A stretch of 58,625 nt of DNA. It comes from Myxococcota bacterium (GTDB taxonomy: Bacteria; Myxococcota_A; UBA9160; SZUA-336). Of the stretch, positions 57,657-58,625 are shown piece after piece (the first letter of the stretch is position 1; the number at the start of each line of letters is the position of its first letter). The notes under the pieces were generated by a model. That model was not told the DNA's origin, did not search any database, and was given only the letters and a program-made list of their open reading frames with translations. The DNA is taken from the NCBI GenBank assembly GCA_036337215.1, contig JAYZEO010000082.1:1-58625 (forward strand), read 5' to 3'. Position numbers and translations under genes: made by a program.

Positions 57657-58034
57657 TCAGCCGGCCGCGAGGTGCGCGATGAGCCACTCGTCGAGCCGGA
57701 GCTCGGTCACCACTCCCGCCCCAAACGCGGACGCCCGGGTCCCAGGTTCGCTGGTGGCCGTTGCGGGCGACTCAGCTTCGAGCAGCTCGTCCAACTCTCC
57801 GCTGGTGAGGGCCCGGATCAGAGCCCGGTGGCGAATCCCCATCAGCTCGGAGAGTTCCTCCGCGGCTCCTTCGACTTCTCCGCGATCGCCGCAGCAGAGT
57901 CGCTCTGAGTGGAGAATTGCGCCCCCCTCGTAGAGAAGTGTCACGATCCGCGGGGTCCCGCGGAGGCCGAGTTCGGTCTGCACGTGAAAGCGACGCCCGC
58001 AATAGTGAACGTCGTCGTTGAAGCCGCCGACCAT
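57657..58034 (-). CDS. Conserved-looking hypothetical protein heading the ftsEX string
   Basis: 125 aa, beginning MVGGFNDDVHYCGRRFHVQTELGLRGTPRIVTLLYEGGAILHSERLCCGD...LSELMGIRHRALIRALTSGELDELLE. I faintly recall (F/Y)H(V/I)QTE...LM..(Q/R)H+ proteins in deltaproteobacterial or myxobacterial genomes. I cannot name a family. Confidence 0.5.
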   Translation of the reverse strand: MVGGFNDDVHYCGRRFHVQTELGLRGTPRIVTLLYEGGAILHSERLCCGDRGEVEGAAEELSELMGIRHRALIRALTSGELDELLEAESPATATSEPGTRASAFGAGVVTELRLDEWLIAHLAAG

Positions 58035-58240
58035 GGCGCCTCACCCCCTCGAGGAAGCCCGCTGCGAGTGTGCGGGACCCTCGGAAGCGCCGCAACTTCG
58101 TCGACGCAAGAACCCCGCCGTACTGATATCGGACACCGCCCGAAGGAAGCTGACCCCGGGGTCGCCGAGGGAGAACTGGGACGCCCCAGGGTCGCTCGAC
58201 CCGGAACGTCCCAGGGGGCGGGATCGCCGCCCCGGAGGGT

Positions 58241-58625
58241 TCAGGAAGCTCCCAGCAGCCTTCGCAGCGCCACCGAGCCCACCAGCACCAGCACCCCGGC
58301 GCGCGGTTCCGGAACCGCGGCAGCCACTGGACCGGTTCCCGGGGTCGGCGCCGAAAGCACCCCGAAGTCGGCGGCGTTGTGGTTAGTGTCGACGTCCGCA
58401 AAGAGCCGCGCGAGGCTGCTTCCGGGCGGCGCATCCGACGCCGGCTGGCCCTCCCCCGCGAAGACTTCTCCGAATCCGAAGACCCCGTAACCGAGCGCGT
58501 CGAGTACTGCCGCGCCGGGCCCGCGCAACACGACCGAATCAGGCCCGTTCTGAAAATCGAAGCTTCGCGTGAGGTCCGCGTGGAGCACCTCGGTCACCCC
58601 TCCACTCGTACCCGCGAGCACGAAG
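58241..58625 (-). CDS. PEP-CTERM sorting-domain protein with a lamin-tail-like domain; the 5' end runs off the right edge
   Basis: The C-terminus reads VPEPRAGVLVLVGSVALRRLLGAS*, that is a PEP motif, a TM helix and a basic tail. The upstream segment SLARLFADVDTNHNAADFGVLSAPTPG resembles the end of an LTD domain. The reading frame is open to the window edge. Confidence 0.75.
   Translation of the reverse strand, partial: FVLAGTSGGVTEVLHADLTRSFDFQNGPDSVVLRGPGAAVLDALGYGVFGFGEVFAGEGQPASDAPPGSSLARLFADVDTNHNAADFGVLSAPTPGTGPVAAAVPEPRAGVLVLVGSVALRRLLGAS

Noticed and set aside
58106-58120. A sigma-54-like -24/-12 element on the minus strand (cGGCGG-N5-TTGC), about 72 nt upstream of the 125-aa gene.
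   Set aside because: Only the GG/GC spacing and TTGC match. The -24 box departs from TGGCAC, and GG...GC at this spacing is expected by chance in 70 % GC DNA. No enhancer-binding protein gene lies nearby.

Overview
This is a high-GC (roughly two-thirds or more G+C by eye), almost gap-free chromosomal core region of a diderm bacterium. Diderm markers are Tol-Pal, LPS-core glycosyltransferase and kinase, LolA/LolB-like proteins and a PEP-CTERM protein. The gene content looks deltaproteobacterial, Myxococcota-like or Binatota-like, but that lineage guess is low confidence.

I count about 64 genes. Many are joined by 4-nt NTGA start/stop overlaps, and I used those overlaps to place start codons by hand. 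From left to right the window contains:
- a formylglycine-type sulfatase (partial, and missing from the ORF track), then tmRNA
- rlmI-like, TVP38, a metzincin lipoprotein, smpB, DUF502
- panDCB, rsmA, tsaD, dksA-like
- cpoB-pal-tolB-tolA-tolR-tolQ
- pepA, cytochrome c, an rpoH-like sigma factor, an MA-clan peptidase
- moaB, a moaD-moaE fusion, bactofilin, holB, a metG relic, tatD, suhB-like
- a DUF4340/GldG-like/ABC-2/ABC-ATPase cluster
- a split peptide ABC importer (SBP-oppB-oppC here, oppD-oppF further on)
- GT4 plus a tandem Kdo/WaaP kinase
- LolB-like and TPR lipoproteins, lpdA
- a degenerate alkylsulfatase-like protein
- cysC, a Cys-poor NifU-like protein, iscS
- two LolA-like paralogues, an LLM oxidoreductase
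- tlyA-dxs-ispA-xseB-xseA-ctpA-envC-ftsX-ftsE
- a PEP-CTERM protein (partial)

I found no transposase or integrase, no CRISPR array, no defence island and no obviously acquired block. I could not identify a convincing novel multi-gene system. What is worth a second look is a set of local anomalies:
- a 43-codon in-frame relic of metG
- an in-frame TAA inside the moaD part of a MoaX-like fusion
- rsmA with no canonical start codon (candidate ATA in an ATAG overlap)
- an IscU-like protein lacking two of the three cluster cysteines, in an iscS-x-cysC string
- a metal-motif-degenerate alkylsulfatase homologue
- two sharply AT-rich synonymous-codon patches inside conserved genes

All coordinates and translations were worked out by hand. 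Start codons are less certain than stops.
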